A stretch of 60,961 bases of DNA, filler included, from Globobulimina sp. (GCA_003354225.1; 14 parts of 14 records of this genome joined end to end with filler, not necessarily neighbours in it); one strand, 5' to 3'; positions 34,008-46,939 are shown, counted from the whole stretch's first letter. Translations and numbers: made by a program. The notes: a model not told the origin generated them from the sequence alone.

Positions 34008-34816
34008 ATGATTTGTTACTATGTAAACAACGAACAAAACAGCACCTTCTCCTCCGACGACGAGGAAGCCGAAGACCTACGCATCGACTCTTACTGCGCC
34101 CGCTCGCAAGTCATACCCAGCGCGCCTTATCCCATCCCAACCTCCGTGGCCATCGAAGAGGACTTAAGCACTCAGAAACTGCTCACAAACTCGCACCATT
34201 TACCGGCACCGCCTTCGCCGCCAACCATCACTGCAAATGATAAAAATACCGGTGTCGACACGCAATATTTCGACCAGCGAATGCATGAGCAATCCGTCAA
34301 AAAGGACATTGAAACCGCTTTAAAACAGGGCTACACATTGAATTTATGCGTGGCAGTGTTGCAGGCGCTGATCGGCGCTTTTTTATATGGCTGGAATGTG
34401 GCGATATTGAATGTGCCTCAAAAGGTGGTGCAAAATGACGAGACGCTTATGTCTGACACGGAATACGCATTGCTAGCGACCATGTTCTGTGCTGGCGGTT
34501 TGATCGGAGCCTTGTTTGCAGGGCCAATGCATGACAAAATCGGCAGGAAGCGAGCCATGTTGGTGGTGGATATTTTGTTTATTTTGCCCGCTGCGTTGAG
34601 TTATTTGTATGCGATTGGCGCGCTTGGCGCTATTGACAAGTTTTCAGGATATGTGGTGTTTTGGTTGGGCCGCTTTCTGGTCGGCATTGCCTGCGGTGCT
34701 GCCACTGCCATCGTGCCGACTTATTTGGGCGAGATAGCTCCGGCGAAGATCCGGGGCGCCATTGGGACGTCCAACCAATTGACGATCTGCTTTGGTGTGG
34801 TGGTGGTGGAGTTGAT
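34008..34816 (+). CDS. MFS sugar porter (GLUT-like), 5' end uncertain, runs off the contig edge
   Basis: FLYGWN, DKIGRK, GRFLVG and PTYLGEIAP..IRGAIG..NQL. Confidence 0.9.
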
Positions 34817-35064
34817 NNNNNNNNNNNNNNNNNNNNNNNNNNNNNNNNNNNNNNNNNNNNTTAATTAATTAANNNNNNNNNNNNNNNNNNNNNNNNNNNN
34901 NNNNNNNNNNNNNNNNACTACAACTAAATCACATTTGCTTAATTTATAATAAAACTTTTGGTTTCAAATTTCTTCTCAATGTCCGGAATGATTATTATAT
35001 AGATCATGAAACCAAACGTTTATTTATTCAAAAATAAAAAAGCTAAAAGCACTCAGTCAAAGCC

Positions 35065-36427
35065 ATGGCTTATAAAACCAATCCACCAAATTTGCCATAC
35101 TTAGTTGTAGGTTCATTCTCACTTTTTATCACAGGATTCACCACAATATTATTACTGTACCAACTCTACTGCAATCAGAAAAATGTATCAATTCCTAACT
35201 GGTTCACAATACCGTCAATATTATCGTGTTTAGCATATACTTTGTCATGTATTGCATATCTAATAACTTCATTTTATATTAAAGAATTAAATTATTTGTA
35301 TTCTAGTAATATTAATCACAAACAGCAATTAATAGCTATTATCTCAATTACATGCTTCATCACATTAATTCTGTCTGCAAAATTATTTATTTATATAACA
35401 TTCCTAAGGTACTACACTGTACATACTTGAATTAAATTTGTATTAATTGTGTCCATAATATCCAGAAACAGCAACAAATAAAATGTGTTTTTGTAATTTC
35501 AGATTACTGTTTCTGAATGTTATAAATGTACAAATATATAAATTCAATCATCTTTAATTCTTGCATGTACTCAAAAATTATACATTAAGTCGATTATACC
35601 GCATTTTTATTGAATCGATACATAAAATATCCATTTGTGTACTACGATTTAAGATATTTGTATTCATATTCTTTGTATTAGCAGTTATTTGGTTTAATAC
35701 TTTATTGTATATTCAAATCGAAACATTTGAGGTCCAATTAATTATTGTTTTTACTTTGTTGGTGCTGTCTGACATGCTGATAAGCATCATTTTGGTGCGT
35801 TTATTTTTAAAAAAATTGTTCTTGTTAATTATGCACCGAAAAAGAACATTTATTGAAACGTCAAAAAATTCACTCACCACAAATGGCTTAAATTACAATT
35901 ACCATTCAATTATTAAAAGTGAATTAAGTGATATTGATGAAAAAAAAAGAGATTCTGAAGACTACAATTTGTTGATAGAAAACGTAAACGAAAATGATAT
36001 CGTAATTATTGATGTTATGACAAAATATACAATTTTGAATATATCCGCGATAACCGTCAGTCAGCTCACATTTCTTTCTTTTCTATTTTTTGGTGTAATA
36101 CATTTATTGTACGAATATTATGATGTTTTAGGTGAGAATCGGAGATTTTTTACTGTTCAATTGCCAGATATTATTGCTCTGACTGTATTTCCATTGGATG
36201 TGATGGTTAATTGTCTGGTGTTATTGTTGCATTTTAAATTCAGTGAGACGGCATACCTAAAGTTGTGTGGATGTTTGCATAATTGTATCCAAATAAAATA
36301 TGCACGTAAAATAGAAAGAAAACTAAAAAGATTTGCAAAAATTGAGAACATGCCACCAAATGATCCATTAACACCTCGGTGTAAGACCGCGGAAATGACA
36401 CCATCAAGATCCAGATCTGATGCATAA
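35065..36427 (+). CDS. Multi-pass (about 7 TM) membrane protein, 2 exons
   Basis: Hydrophobic helices. The intron at 35409-35589 joins the two ORFs in frame. Confidence 0.65.
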
Positions 36428-36570
36428 ATCGTTTTTCATTAATCTAATGTCAAAGTGCGCACAAACTAAAAACACAATAACTTTGCTGACTAGCTCACTT
36501 CGTAAAAAACTATTTTGTAACAGAAAAAACTGATTTTAATTGTTGTGACACTAAAATGTATTATAAAAAT

Positions 36571-37798
36571 TCACATATTGTTGAGTTTTGCTTGAATGCG
36601 ATCAACGCAAAGTTTCAAAGCATCCCTGGCTTTGCCTGCCTTTATCTTCATTTTCCTGTTCCTCTGTTTATTATATTTATCGATTTGAATTTTCAACTCA
36701 ATTTGCTTTGTCTTCAACTTTTCCTCCAATGCTTTCTTTTCCCTCTTCCCGCCATTGCCATTGACAAAGCTCAAATGTTTGCTATGCGGCCTATTCCCGT
36801 CATTAATTATCGGCGTATTTCTTCGCGGCGTTATTTTCCGCGGCGTACTCCTCCTTTGTTGCGATATCGTTGCTGGAGATATAAAGGGCAACGGTGGCTG
36901 CGCCGACATTGTATTCCCGCGAGACATGGATCGCGTATTACTTTTCATGACAAGTTTATTATTATTACTCCTCAGACTGTTGTTATTTCCCTCTTTCCTC
37001 GCATTTATGTCCCGTTTCTTGCTCAATTCCCTTTTATTTTTCTCATTATTTTTAGTCATATCCTCATCATCAGACTCCTCCCATTCATTGATAGTTTGCG
37101 AGTTCCTCAATTTCCGATCCATGGCGGCATTCATGTCATCGTCGCCATCCTCAACCTCGTCATCAGTGACCCACTCTTCCTCTGCTATCAACTCCCATGT
37201 TTCTGAGGCCTGTCCATGCATTCTGTCATGGATCTCCTTGGACACTTTGTTGATTAGTCCACGTGGAATGTTGTGGCACTTTGGACAACGATCGTTTATA
37301 TCTACGTCGTCGTGGAGGCAGATTGGACGGACATGCGACCAACGAACACGAATGTCAGAGGAAGGCGCCGTTATTCCTGAATCTAATATGTATTTATTGT
37401 GACATTCTTCGCTGTTTTCTGAGTGGATGGCAGCGTCTGACACCATTAACATTTGCGAGATGTCTCCGGTTTTAAAATATAAGTTTTTGTTGTATGTTTT
37501 TTGTGACTCGATGATGCAGGGCAGGTCCATTAGTTTTGTGTGGTATAATTTGTCTGTGCTTGAAATTTGTAATTCGAATTCACGTTGATATTCTACTGCG
37601 TTTTTCTTTTTGTTGGTGTTCTTTTTTACTGTTTTTGGTGTTGTTTTTGTGTTTGTTTCGTTGCGTTGGTGTATTTGGGTTGATACCTGGACGCAGAGTA
37701 ATTGTTGGTAGCTTCCCAGAATCGATTCCGTCAGATATTTGTGCGCATAATTCATCTGGGAATTGAATAAGCAGTTGGTTTTCCATTTTTTGCTTCAT
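36571..37798 (-). CDS. TAF7: TFIID subunit 7
   Basis: MENQLLIQFP, KLMDLPCIIESQKT, FKTGDISQML and GITAP. Intron at 37686-37596. Confidence 0.88.
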
Positions 37799-37900
37799 CG
37801 AGTATGAGTAAAAAGTTTTTGCGACAACGACAAAAATTTGACGATATTTAGATGTATGGCAGTAAGTTGTTTTAAATCTTACTATTGTACAAAGCTGAGC

Positions 37901-39174
37901 ATGGCACAATTAACTTGCAATTCCTCCGGAATTGACTCAGATTGCTTAGTGATTGATGTAAAAGTGTCAACATCCAAAATCTTAGAACGAATAGAACATA
38001 TTTTGCTTGATTATATTATGGAAGATTTTAAACTAATGAAATATGGAATGAATCGAAAAGATGCGATTTGGGATAAATTTGGAAGAATCCGAATTGATAA
38101 AAATAATTTCAAAACATCAGAATTAAATGTATATAAATCTCGGTCACATGCTTGTATTTGGAAAATAATGTCTTTTATGTATCAAAGATTAAAAAATAAT
38201 TCATTTATTCATACAATCTCAAATCGAGAATTATATTACGCATTACTTGAAGAAATAAAATTATTCAATTCCCAAAACCAAGTCGATAAAATGGTTTTAA
38301 GTTAAGAGCAAACTCTCAGAACATATTATTTGTATTTTGTACCTGTATACATAGCCATTTCTTCGATTTTGAGAGTTCCACGATACAGATTAGGATTAGC
38401 CGCAGCAGCGCGTGGCTCCATTTGTGGGAAATGCAAAATATTTGTTGAAAATAAAGAGATTTATTCAGGACATCCACTACGATTTAATATTGATACACAT
38501 TCATTTAATAATAATGACATAAAATGGTTACTTTCAGCATCCATAAAATATATATTAATTATTGAGAAAGATGCAGTTTTTGATGAATTATGTCATTCAT
38601 ATTTTATAATGAATAATTGTTTATTAATAACAGGAAGAGGATATCCTCCGTTATTATGCAGGAAAATAATTCATAATTTACATATTAATCATGTACATAT
38701 TCCAATATTTTGTTTGGTTGACTGTGATCCGCATGGTTTGGATATATTTATTTCGTATCAACAGGGCACTATTAATGCGCCTGAATCTTATTTGTATGCT
38801 ATTACTAAATTATTATATTTAGGGGTTGAATTTAATGATATTTTAACATATAAAATCAATAAGAAATATATTTTAAACCCGCATAATAACGATTTAAATA
38901 AATTAAATGCATTGATCCCATTTTTAAAACGTAAAAAAGAACTTTATTTTGAAAAGAAATTGAAAAATAATATTGAGTTTGCTGTGTTTGAACGGATTTT
39001 AAATCAATTGAATATTCAAAAAGAAAAAAAAAAGAAATTTGAAATTGAAAGTTTGAGAGAGGCCATTGATTTGGGAAATGTTTACATTCCAAGGAAAATA
39101 AATGAAATGCTTAAGTTTTATGCATTGTATCAACCAGATTTAATAAAACCGAATGGAACCTATTCAAATAATGA
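37901..39174 (+). CDS. SPO11: Meiotic transesterase Spo11 (Spo11-1-like), runs off the contig edge
   Basis: RELYY (catalytic Tyr), IEKDAVF, ITGRGYP, DCDPHG and KFEIE. Intron at 38301-38354. Confidence 0.9.
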
Positions 39175-39332
39175 NNNNNNNNNNNNNNNNNNNNNNNNNN
39201 NNNNNNNNNNNNNNNNNNTTAATTAATTAANNNNNNNNNNNNNNNNNNNNNNNNNNNNNNNNNNNNNNNNNNNNAATATAGGTTGAATTACCAACCAATC
39301 ACAAAAATGCAATTAGAAATTTAATATTGATA

Positions 39333-39750
39333 TTAGCGAGTTAAAATGTACTCAATCTCCTTTTCACTTAATGCATCGCTATCTTCTTGATTTTGCAACT
39401 TTGATTGGTTGGAATAAAACACAGTTTGCATTTCTTGATAATGAACTATAAAATCTATTAAGCGCTCAAACATTTTTTTGTCTTCGACATTTTGCGATAA
39501 CCAAAATAAATATTCAATTTTATGTGATACTTTTTTAAAGAATGAATCAATATCTTCAACATTAAATTCATGACTCATACCATTTCCTGTTGATAATACA
39601 CCACTTGCTTCACTCTTGATTTCTAATAACGGCGTTGCTATCTCTTGTTCATCAATATTGTGCTTGGCATCATCATCATTTACAACATCTAATAAATATG
39701 ATAATTTATCTGCAAGATCTTGCATTTGCATTGTACCGTAAATTCGAACC
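39333..39750 (-). CDS. Hypothetical protein fragment
   Basis: Coding-like ORF; boundaries uncertain. Confidence 0.4.
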
Positions 39751-39976
39751 TGAAAAGTATGCTCAAAGGTGATTACGTATACAATTATGTTAAATTGAGA
39801 GAAACAGTGAAGACTACACAACTATTATGAGTTATTTATAGATTATGAGTATAAGCATGATTATGAATTGCAAAAAAATGTAGCTGTTCGATGCGAAACT
39901 CAACAAAGCGAAATTTAAATGCTAGTAATTATTGCATTGTATAAATATTAAGTTATTTTGTAAAGTCCTGATAAGG

Positions 39977-40839
39977 TCACACAGATTCAACGAATATCGC
40001 ATTCCTCACTGGAACAGTAATGGTTTCTTCACCTTCAACATCCTCTGACACTGTTAATTCTGTTGTTGTCTTCTTACCAGATTTCACAATTTTATATTTG
40101 GATTTTGTAACGTTGACACAACATAAAAACATCAATAAGTAACAGCAAAATACCATTATGACAAACAATACGCCATTCAATATGACAAAGCGAAGTTGTT
40201 CATCAGATGGAGGATAATCCATTGCCCTGATATAACGAGGGTACCTTGCTACGTTATCATTATCTAAATATTTGGATTAATATTTAGATACATGATCAAA
40301 ATCGGATTGTGTAATCTGAAAAGAATGCATACAATTAAATAAAAAATTAAACATACAATGAAAGCGATGTACGCCGGAAGATACGACAGGTTCCGCATCA
40401 ACATCTAATCCAATAATTACAACATCAACTGATAATCTTTGACCTCTATCATAAGCTAACGAGACTTGATATGCATCAAAATCTATTAATTCTGGCCGGC
40501 TACATTTATATTCATAATCTTGATGTTTTTTATCGCAAACACTGAGTAAAAGGTCAATATCGTGATCAATAAATAAGGAGCCAAACCATTCAAATTGAAA
40601 TATGATCTTATTTCCTGTTTTAGATACAGATGTTGGATTATTTGGTTGTATGGACCATACTAATTCCGGCGAAAGTTGTTGAATTTGCGCTATTGTGTGC
40701 ATGAGACTTTTAATCATTTTGATTGTTAGCCAATAGAGAATCAATTCATACCTTCAGACATAGTGAATCCACCTTCCGAGGCACTAACAAACTGAACTAA
40801 TAAATATAAATACACCATAAAGGTTATAGCAACACTCAT
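39977..40839 (-). CDS. Hypothetical single-pass membrane protein, multi-exon
   Basis: Signal-peptide exon from the ATG at 40839, a middle ORF at 40277-40744, and a last exon with a TM helix (FVILNGVLFVIMVFCCYLLMFLCC). Confidence 0.55.
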
Positions 40840-40921
40840 TGTGTTTTTCTGATGATTACAAGCTAAAACTTAAGTTTTTCCTTAAGTATATAGTATTAAT
40901 ATTAGATATCTTTCATCGACA

Positions 40922-42303
40922 ATGGACAAGTTTCGACTGCTACGTTTGCTAGCAATGGTTGCCATAATGGTAGCATATAGATGGTATCAACCAAAAACCA
41001 AACCATTACAAAAACCACATCATTATTCTGTTTTAAATGATTTTTTAAGCGATGAAGAACATGTAAATATGATGAAAATGTTTGAAGATTTAGGCGATTA
41101 TCCAGCCGCCAGAGCTGATTGGACATCAACTAAATGGATGTCCATTGGAGAAGAGTATGAGCCTTCGGCAGACGGCCAATGTCGCAAAACATGGACTATT
41201 TTAAATGAACAGACCGGTAAATGCCAACTCCCAAATCGTATTGACATCGGTAAACATTTTATAGAGACTGGAGGTTATAACGGGTGGAAAGAAAGTTATC
41301 CTAAAATGATCCACAGATTACATCCATTTATAAATTATCAATTCGATGCATTCAGCAGACCAGAATTTGTTGAGCTTTTTGAAAGAAATGAATTTATTAC
41401 AGAAGTCGCTAGAATGTGTGGCAGAATGAATCCGTATTTTCGACCGTTCCAATTGTCAATGATATTAAACATACCTGGCCAGTCTGGCATGCATTGCATT
41501 TATTTTATTATATATATATATCAATATAAACATATATAATATATCTAGTTCCAATGCATTTGGATATCCCTTACTTTTGGCCAGCGACAAGGTACTCGTT
41601 CCCGCAGTGGCTATTATTGGTGATGCAGGATTCAGACATATTTAAACAGCAAAGATTGCCACAGGTCCAGGCATTGGTATATGTGCATGATTGGAAGGTT
41701 GCAAATCAAACAAATACTGATTTGTATAGAACATTTGGTGGCGAATTCATTGTATATCCACAAGGACATCAATATAAATCATTGGCGATTCCAGCTACAC
41801 CCAAATCAGCGATATTTTGTGATGGTTCAGAAATGGTTCATGGTACTTCCACCTACAAAGCGGACATTGAACCGTATCAATTCGATAAGGACTTAGCCAC
41901 AAAAATGAGCTTTGATAAAGAGAATAATGTGTGGCGGTTATATGTAGATCAGAAAGCAACGGAGACTGTGTATTCTTGGCAAGATATAAGAGCCTCCATT
42001 GCGTATCGTGGCTGGTGTTTTAGTGACAAAGAGGTGATGGATTCGTGGGATCCATATGAATGGAGTGGCGATTTGAGTTTAGAGGATATTATGGATATTT
42101 TTAAACAAGATTTAGTTGAGAAGAAAAAGCTTATTTCAGCTGATAAATGGGACGGAATGGATGCATATGAGACAGCACTTTATTTGCTTACCACATACAT
42201 TAAACTCCCAAAGCCCGTCTTATCCCGCATTCCTTTTAATTATTGCCTGGTATTTGAAAAATTGCCTAGCTTTGTAAAAGTGATTGAAAATTTTCTATGT
42301 TAA
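40922..42303 (+). CDS. 2OG-Fe(II) oxygenase-like protein, 2 exons
   Basis: PGQSVPMHLD (HxD) after splicing, GGEF, DGSEMVHG and RASI. Requires a GC-AG intron at 41487-41548. Confidence 0.65.
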
Positions 42304-42421
42304 TTATAAATACCAACTTTTTTGAGTATATAGAGAAAATATAATTAAATGCATAGAACTATTACCATTTTGGAAAACAATTCAAAAGAAAAAAGCTATA
42401 ATTAAGTATAAAATTAGTGTA

Positions 42422-43532
42422 TTACGCCATAACCATTTGGCCTAAACGTGGCAACCAGGCAGCAAATGAAAATTCAGTCATTTCAACACTCGTCAAATCC
42501 ATCATTCTTTGCGTTAACACTGCCAACTCGTCATCGACCATTGGGACCCCCCAAATACATTCCTGTTCGATACCATTTGAATTCACATTCATTTCCATTT
42601 TAAAATAACCGTCTTGGCCCCACCCAATACCCCAATTATTTTTACCAATCCAATATTCCTGTTCCGTATCACTGTCATAGCTCCAGCCAACAATAGAAAC
42701 AATGTAATTTGGCGCAGTATTCCCCTCTGTTTTGGAGCTGGAGCTAGAACTATAAATCCCTTCCGTATACGTTTGGAATCCATCACCCACAAACATTGAG
42801 CATGCGATTGGTCCACGAGCATAAATCTCAGCCTTCATACCATCGACACCCGCAACATAACCATATTCTGCCACTTTATAAATCTCAGCAGCGTCGACTT
42901 GATAGCAAGAGCCATCCGTACTGCACGTATAACACACATTATATTCCGTATTCTCACCGTGGGGCTTATCCATTGCCATATAATTCTGACAGCTCTCATC
43001 CGGTACGCCAATATCGTGCAAATATCGCATCGCATCCCCAGCATAGCCACCGTTGCAATCACCATTCGTACCATCCATATTAATCAGCACTTGCGGTGAT
43101 AAATTAACCTCCAAATTAACAGTCCCACGCAAATATGCCATCACATTCAAGCGATCAGAAATGATCTCAGTCACTGCAAACGCCCAACAACTGTCACAAC
43201 GAAAGGGTTTATTGCTTTGACGGACAACATTCAGTAAGTTATATCCATCATAGTTAGCCCATGAAAATTGTTCTGGCAGTGTCACCTCAGACAGATATGT
43301 TTGCGGCAATGGCGATATCTGCACACCAACATCACCCAATAATATATCTGATCGCATGCCCAATAAACATCCACCTAAACTCGCCGCAGCTGTCGACGTC
43401 TCACTCTGTGCATCCCTCAATGTATTCGACTTGGCGCTCGTTGCCCACACACAATATTCCTCAATGGCTAAGTTATTGATACCACGCACAATACGAAAGT
43501 ACCCCATTTCACCCCATGCAGTGCCCCACGAA
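42422..43532 (-). CDS. Cathepsin X/Z-like protein with tandem C1A domains, 5' partial
   Basis: End of an upstream domain (SWGTAWGEMGYFRIVRG), then a full domain with CDSCWAF, LSPQVL, GVPDESC and EIYARGPIAC. Confidence 0.85.
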
Positions 43533-43632
43533 NNNNNNNNNNNNNNNNNNNNNNNNNNNNNNNNNNNNNNNNNNNNTTAATTAATTAANNNNNNNNNNNN
43601 NNNNNNNNNNNNNNNNNNNNNNNNNNNNNNNN

Positions 43633-44767
43633 GTTTTTTTGTTTTCATACAGCCAATAAAAACTATTATTATTTTGATAATATCATTTGGAATTTGCGCC
43701 AATAATGGTGTAGTTGCATCTGTTTGCATATAGTCGTGCATGTATGCATGGAATAATTGATATAAATCTACCAATTCTTCTGGACAATCTTCAAATTAAA
43801 TGTAAAATGTTACTCACATCAATGTCATATTATATATTACTTAACTGTACAAATATTGCGTGAAATGCTCAAAATACATATATTTATGTGTTTCTCTCTT
43901 CTCATCTGCTTTGACATATAATTCCTGAGCATCATATCCTATATCCACAGTTGCACGATTTTGTTTATCAATTAATAATGCGGTGGCATACTGCTTTTCT
44001 ACCTCTTCTCTTGGTCTTCTACCGAAGGGCACTAAGCGTCGATGTGAAGGTGCGTTAATCGGACAAAATGCAACTGCGATCCCAGATGAACCAAAATCTA
44101 TTGATACAATTTGCTTCACATTCAAACCATACAGCGGATATTTTGATGGTTGTCTAAATTGTGATATATCAATATCATTGAATGGGGATTGAGACGTAAG
44201 TGATAATAATAAGACACCTTTACCATTATCCCACAATTTAACAATGTCATTATCATTCGATGGATCTAATGTTATAATTGTGTCATTGTCATATGAGTTT
44301 TTTATTTGCCATATTTGATTCTGTTGTGTGATATCATTGTTGTGTGATAGTAACTGTCTACTTATTTGTAGTTTTATTCTTTGAGCAGACTGATATTCGC
44401 CGGGTTCATAACATGAACAACCACCAACGCCGCAATATGGTAATTTTACTTTATGCAAATGATTTTGATACTGTACAGTCAATAATTTATGTCCTTTAAT
44501 ATCGACAAAAATCCGAGCATAATATGTGTTTGATTCATATTGAATAGAACCACAACCAGAGATTTTAAATAGCTGAGTTATAATATTTAGGGAACAACCT
44601 TTCCAATATGTTTCAATGTAAATTTCTTGGATTGGTGGTAGATATCCATCATAATCTCTTAATTGCAGTTGTACATCGCTTGATATTGTTATTTTAAAAT
44701 ATCCAGATTCGTTGTTGTAATGTGAAATATTCCAAGCAGTGTCGCCATCAATTTTTAACCTAAACAT
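43633..44767 (-). CDS. Hypothetical protein with a partial Hsp70/HSPA12-like phosphate-1 motif, runs off the contig edge
   Basis: IVSIDFGSSGIAVAF ... IGYDA ... YFEHF, then a probable intron near 43845 and an exon containing IPNDIIKII. Confidence 0.5.
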
Positions 44768-44835
44768 CTTTTAAAAAATGATAGGAAGACTAGTGAACTA
44801 AGTGAAGAGTTTCAAGGCATCCACATCAGGTTACC

Positions 44836-46743
44836 ATGACAACTGCTTGTTTGTGCAGAATTGACAAATTGCTTCAAATATTCGATTCAGAAATAGATTT
44901 TGCACCATTTATGTTGAAAACATGGACCAAAGAATGTCTCTCTCCACAATATCCACTAAACCTCGAATCCCTAAAACATATTACAAAATATCATTCGATT
45001 CCAGTTCCACTAATAATAAAAATATTAAATAAAAACGAACATAACTTTGCGCTGCTATGTTATGGATTTGTTGGGGGATTAAAGTCAAATAATATTATAC
45101 CAAAGGACATAATTGATATTATTGAAGCAATGTCGATTATAGAATGTATTGCAAAGTTGCGAGATGTCGCCACCTCATTTCTAGTAAAGGTTGGTGTTTA
45201 TGGAGCTGTTCAAGACGGCACAGTGGATAAAGATATTATTCATGCTTTGTTGAAATCGTTTAAAAAAACAGAATCTGTTCAAATTCAATCGGAGATTACC
45301 TTCTCTTTTTATAATATTCAAAGTAAATCAGGTATTCAATGCTTTCAGCCCTTGTTGCAATGCACAAAATATTTCAGCAACATATTATCAAAAAACGACT
45401 GCCCGCCCATAGAGGCGGTAATTAACAGCGGCGTAACAAAGCTTTTTGTCGAATTAGCCACACAGTCAACAAACAGAGAGCTGCAGTACCACTCATTGTG
45501 GGTGTTATTAAATATTACGTCTGGTCCTCCACTGTGCACAGATTATATTTTACAAATTGGTGCGCATAATTTATTTATTAGTTTACTGAAATGCCCGTTG
45601 TATGAAATAAAACACGAAGCCTTGTGGACGTTGAGTAATATCGCTGGCAATAATGCAGAATCAAAAGATATCTTATTAACAAACAATGATTTATTAGCAA
45701 ATGTTTTTTCTGTCTGTTCCTGTCAATTTGATAAAAAAAACGTGACAAATTTTGTTAACTCTCGTAAAATAAAGAAACATCCATTCACTCAATTTACAGA
45801 GTTATTGAGCATAACAGCTTGGTTAATAGGCAATTTATGCCGTGGTTCTCCAGCACCGACAGTACGGCATTTAGTAGAGTTAATAAAGTGTATAAAGTTT
45901 TTACTAAAACGTGCTAGTAATGCGCAGCAACATGACCATGGCGCCTATGAAGTTATTAGAAAGCTTGGATGGGCTGTTTCATATTTAATTAATGTTAACT
46001 GTAACCCTGAGACACATCCACAGTACCAAACATTAACAAGATTAGAAAATGCGGGGATTACTCAACAGTTAATACATTTTATCGACCATTTCGATGCCTC
46101 TGTACGCTCTCCGATGATTCGTGTGTTTGGTGGCATGGCAGCTATATCAGAATCGGATGAGAGCATTGGAATATGTTTGAATTTAGGTATTTTAAATAAA
46201 TATTACAGAGTTTTAACATTGTTCGCAGCGGAAAAAGAAACAAAGGATATTTGTTGGTCACTTTCTAACATGGCTGCAAGTACAATGCAAAATAAATTAA
46301 TGGTAACAAAATCTAATATATGTCCAGTTTTAATTGAATATTTAAGGAATGCGCCATATACAATTGCAAAGGAAGCACTATGGTTTGTTTCTGCTTTATT
46401 GAATCCAACGGGCAACACTCCGGACATACAAATATATGATCCATTGGTCTATGTGATGGATGTGATTGGTGCATTACTGTCATTTTTAACATCTTACACT
46501 GATAAAACGATCAGTGAGAAAATATTATTATTATCATTAGGCTGTATTATGAATATCTTAATTTGTGGCAACATTCATTCAGATAATTCACAAAATAGAT
46601 ATGCTGCAAAGTGTCAAGAGAAGGGAATGGTGGGATTTATAAAAAAATTAAAAACTAATAAGCGGTTTAGCAATGAGAATCACAGGTTATCTGAGTACTT
46701 TGTGAGAATCACAGGTTATCTGGAATCTCCTGCAGATTTTTAA
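44836..46743 (+). CDS. Importin-alpha-like armadillo repeat protein
   Basis: PPIEAVINSG, SLWVLLNITSG, ALWTLSNIAG, WLIGNLCRG and CWSLSNMAA. No IBB domain is visible. Confidence 0.85.
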   Translation: MTTACLCRIDKLLQIFDSEIDFAPFMLKTWTKECLSPQYPLNLESLKHITKYHSIPVPLIIKILNKNEHNFALLCYGFVGGLKSNNIIPKDIIDIIEAMSIIECIAKLRDVATSFLVKVGVYGAVQDGTVDKDIIHALLKSFKKTESVQIQSEITFSFYNIQSKSGIQCFQPLLQCTKYFSNILSKNDCPPIEAVINSGVTKLFVELATQSTNRELQYHSLWVLLNITSGPPLCTDYILQIGAHNLFISLLKCPLYEIKHEALWTLSNIAGNNAESKDILLTNNDLLANVFSVCSCQFDKKNVTNFVNSRKIKKHPFTQFTELLSITAWLIGNLCRGSPAPTVRHLVELIKCIKFLLKRASNAQQHDHGAYEVIRKLGWAVSYLINVNCNPETHPQYQTLTRLENAGITQQLIHFIDHFDASVRSPMIRVFGGMAAISESDESIGICLNLGILNKYYRVLTLFAAEKETKDICWSLSNMAASTMQNKLMVTKSNICPVLIEYLRNAPYTIAKEALWFVSALLNPTGNTPDIQIYDPLVYVMDVIGALLSFLTSYTDKTISEKILLLSLGCIMNILICGNIHSDNSQNRYAAKCQEKGMVGFIKKLKTNKRFSNENHRLSEYFVRITGYLESPADF

Positions 46744-46939
46744 TGACATAATACTCGATCGATAGTGCTGCAAATACCAAATTCATTCATTTCAACTATG
46801 ACAGCTGCAAAAAAAAACTTTTTACTGTAGTCTCATTACGGACATTTTGAAACAATCCTTGCACTCTCGAATGGTTTAAAATCGTTCTGTCTCAACTTCA
46901 CTCGAATCATGCGCTCGAGCAATATATAGGTACAAGTTG

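Noticed and set aside
36556..37402. Two ~215-aa plus-strand ORFs
   Set aside because: Antisense shadows of TAF7.
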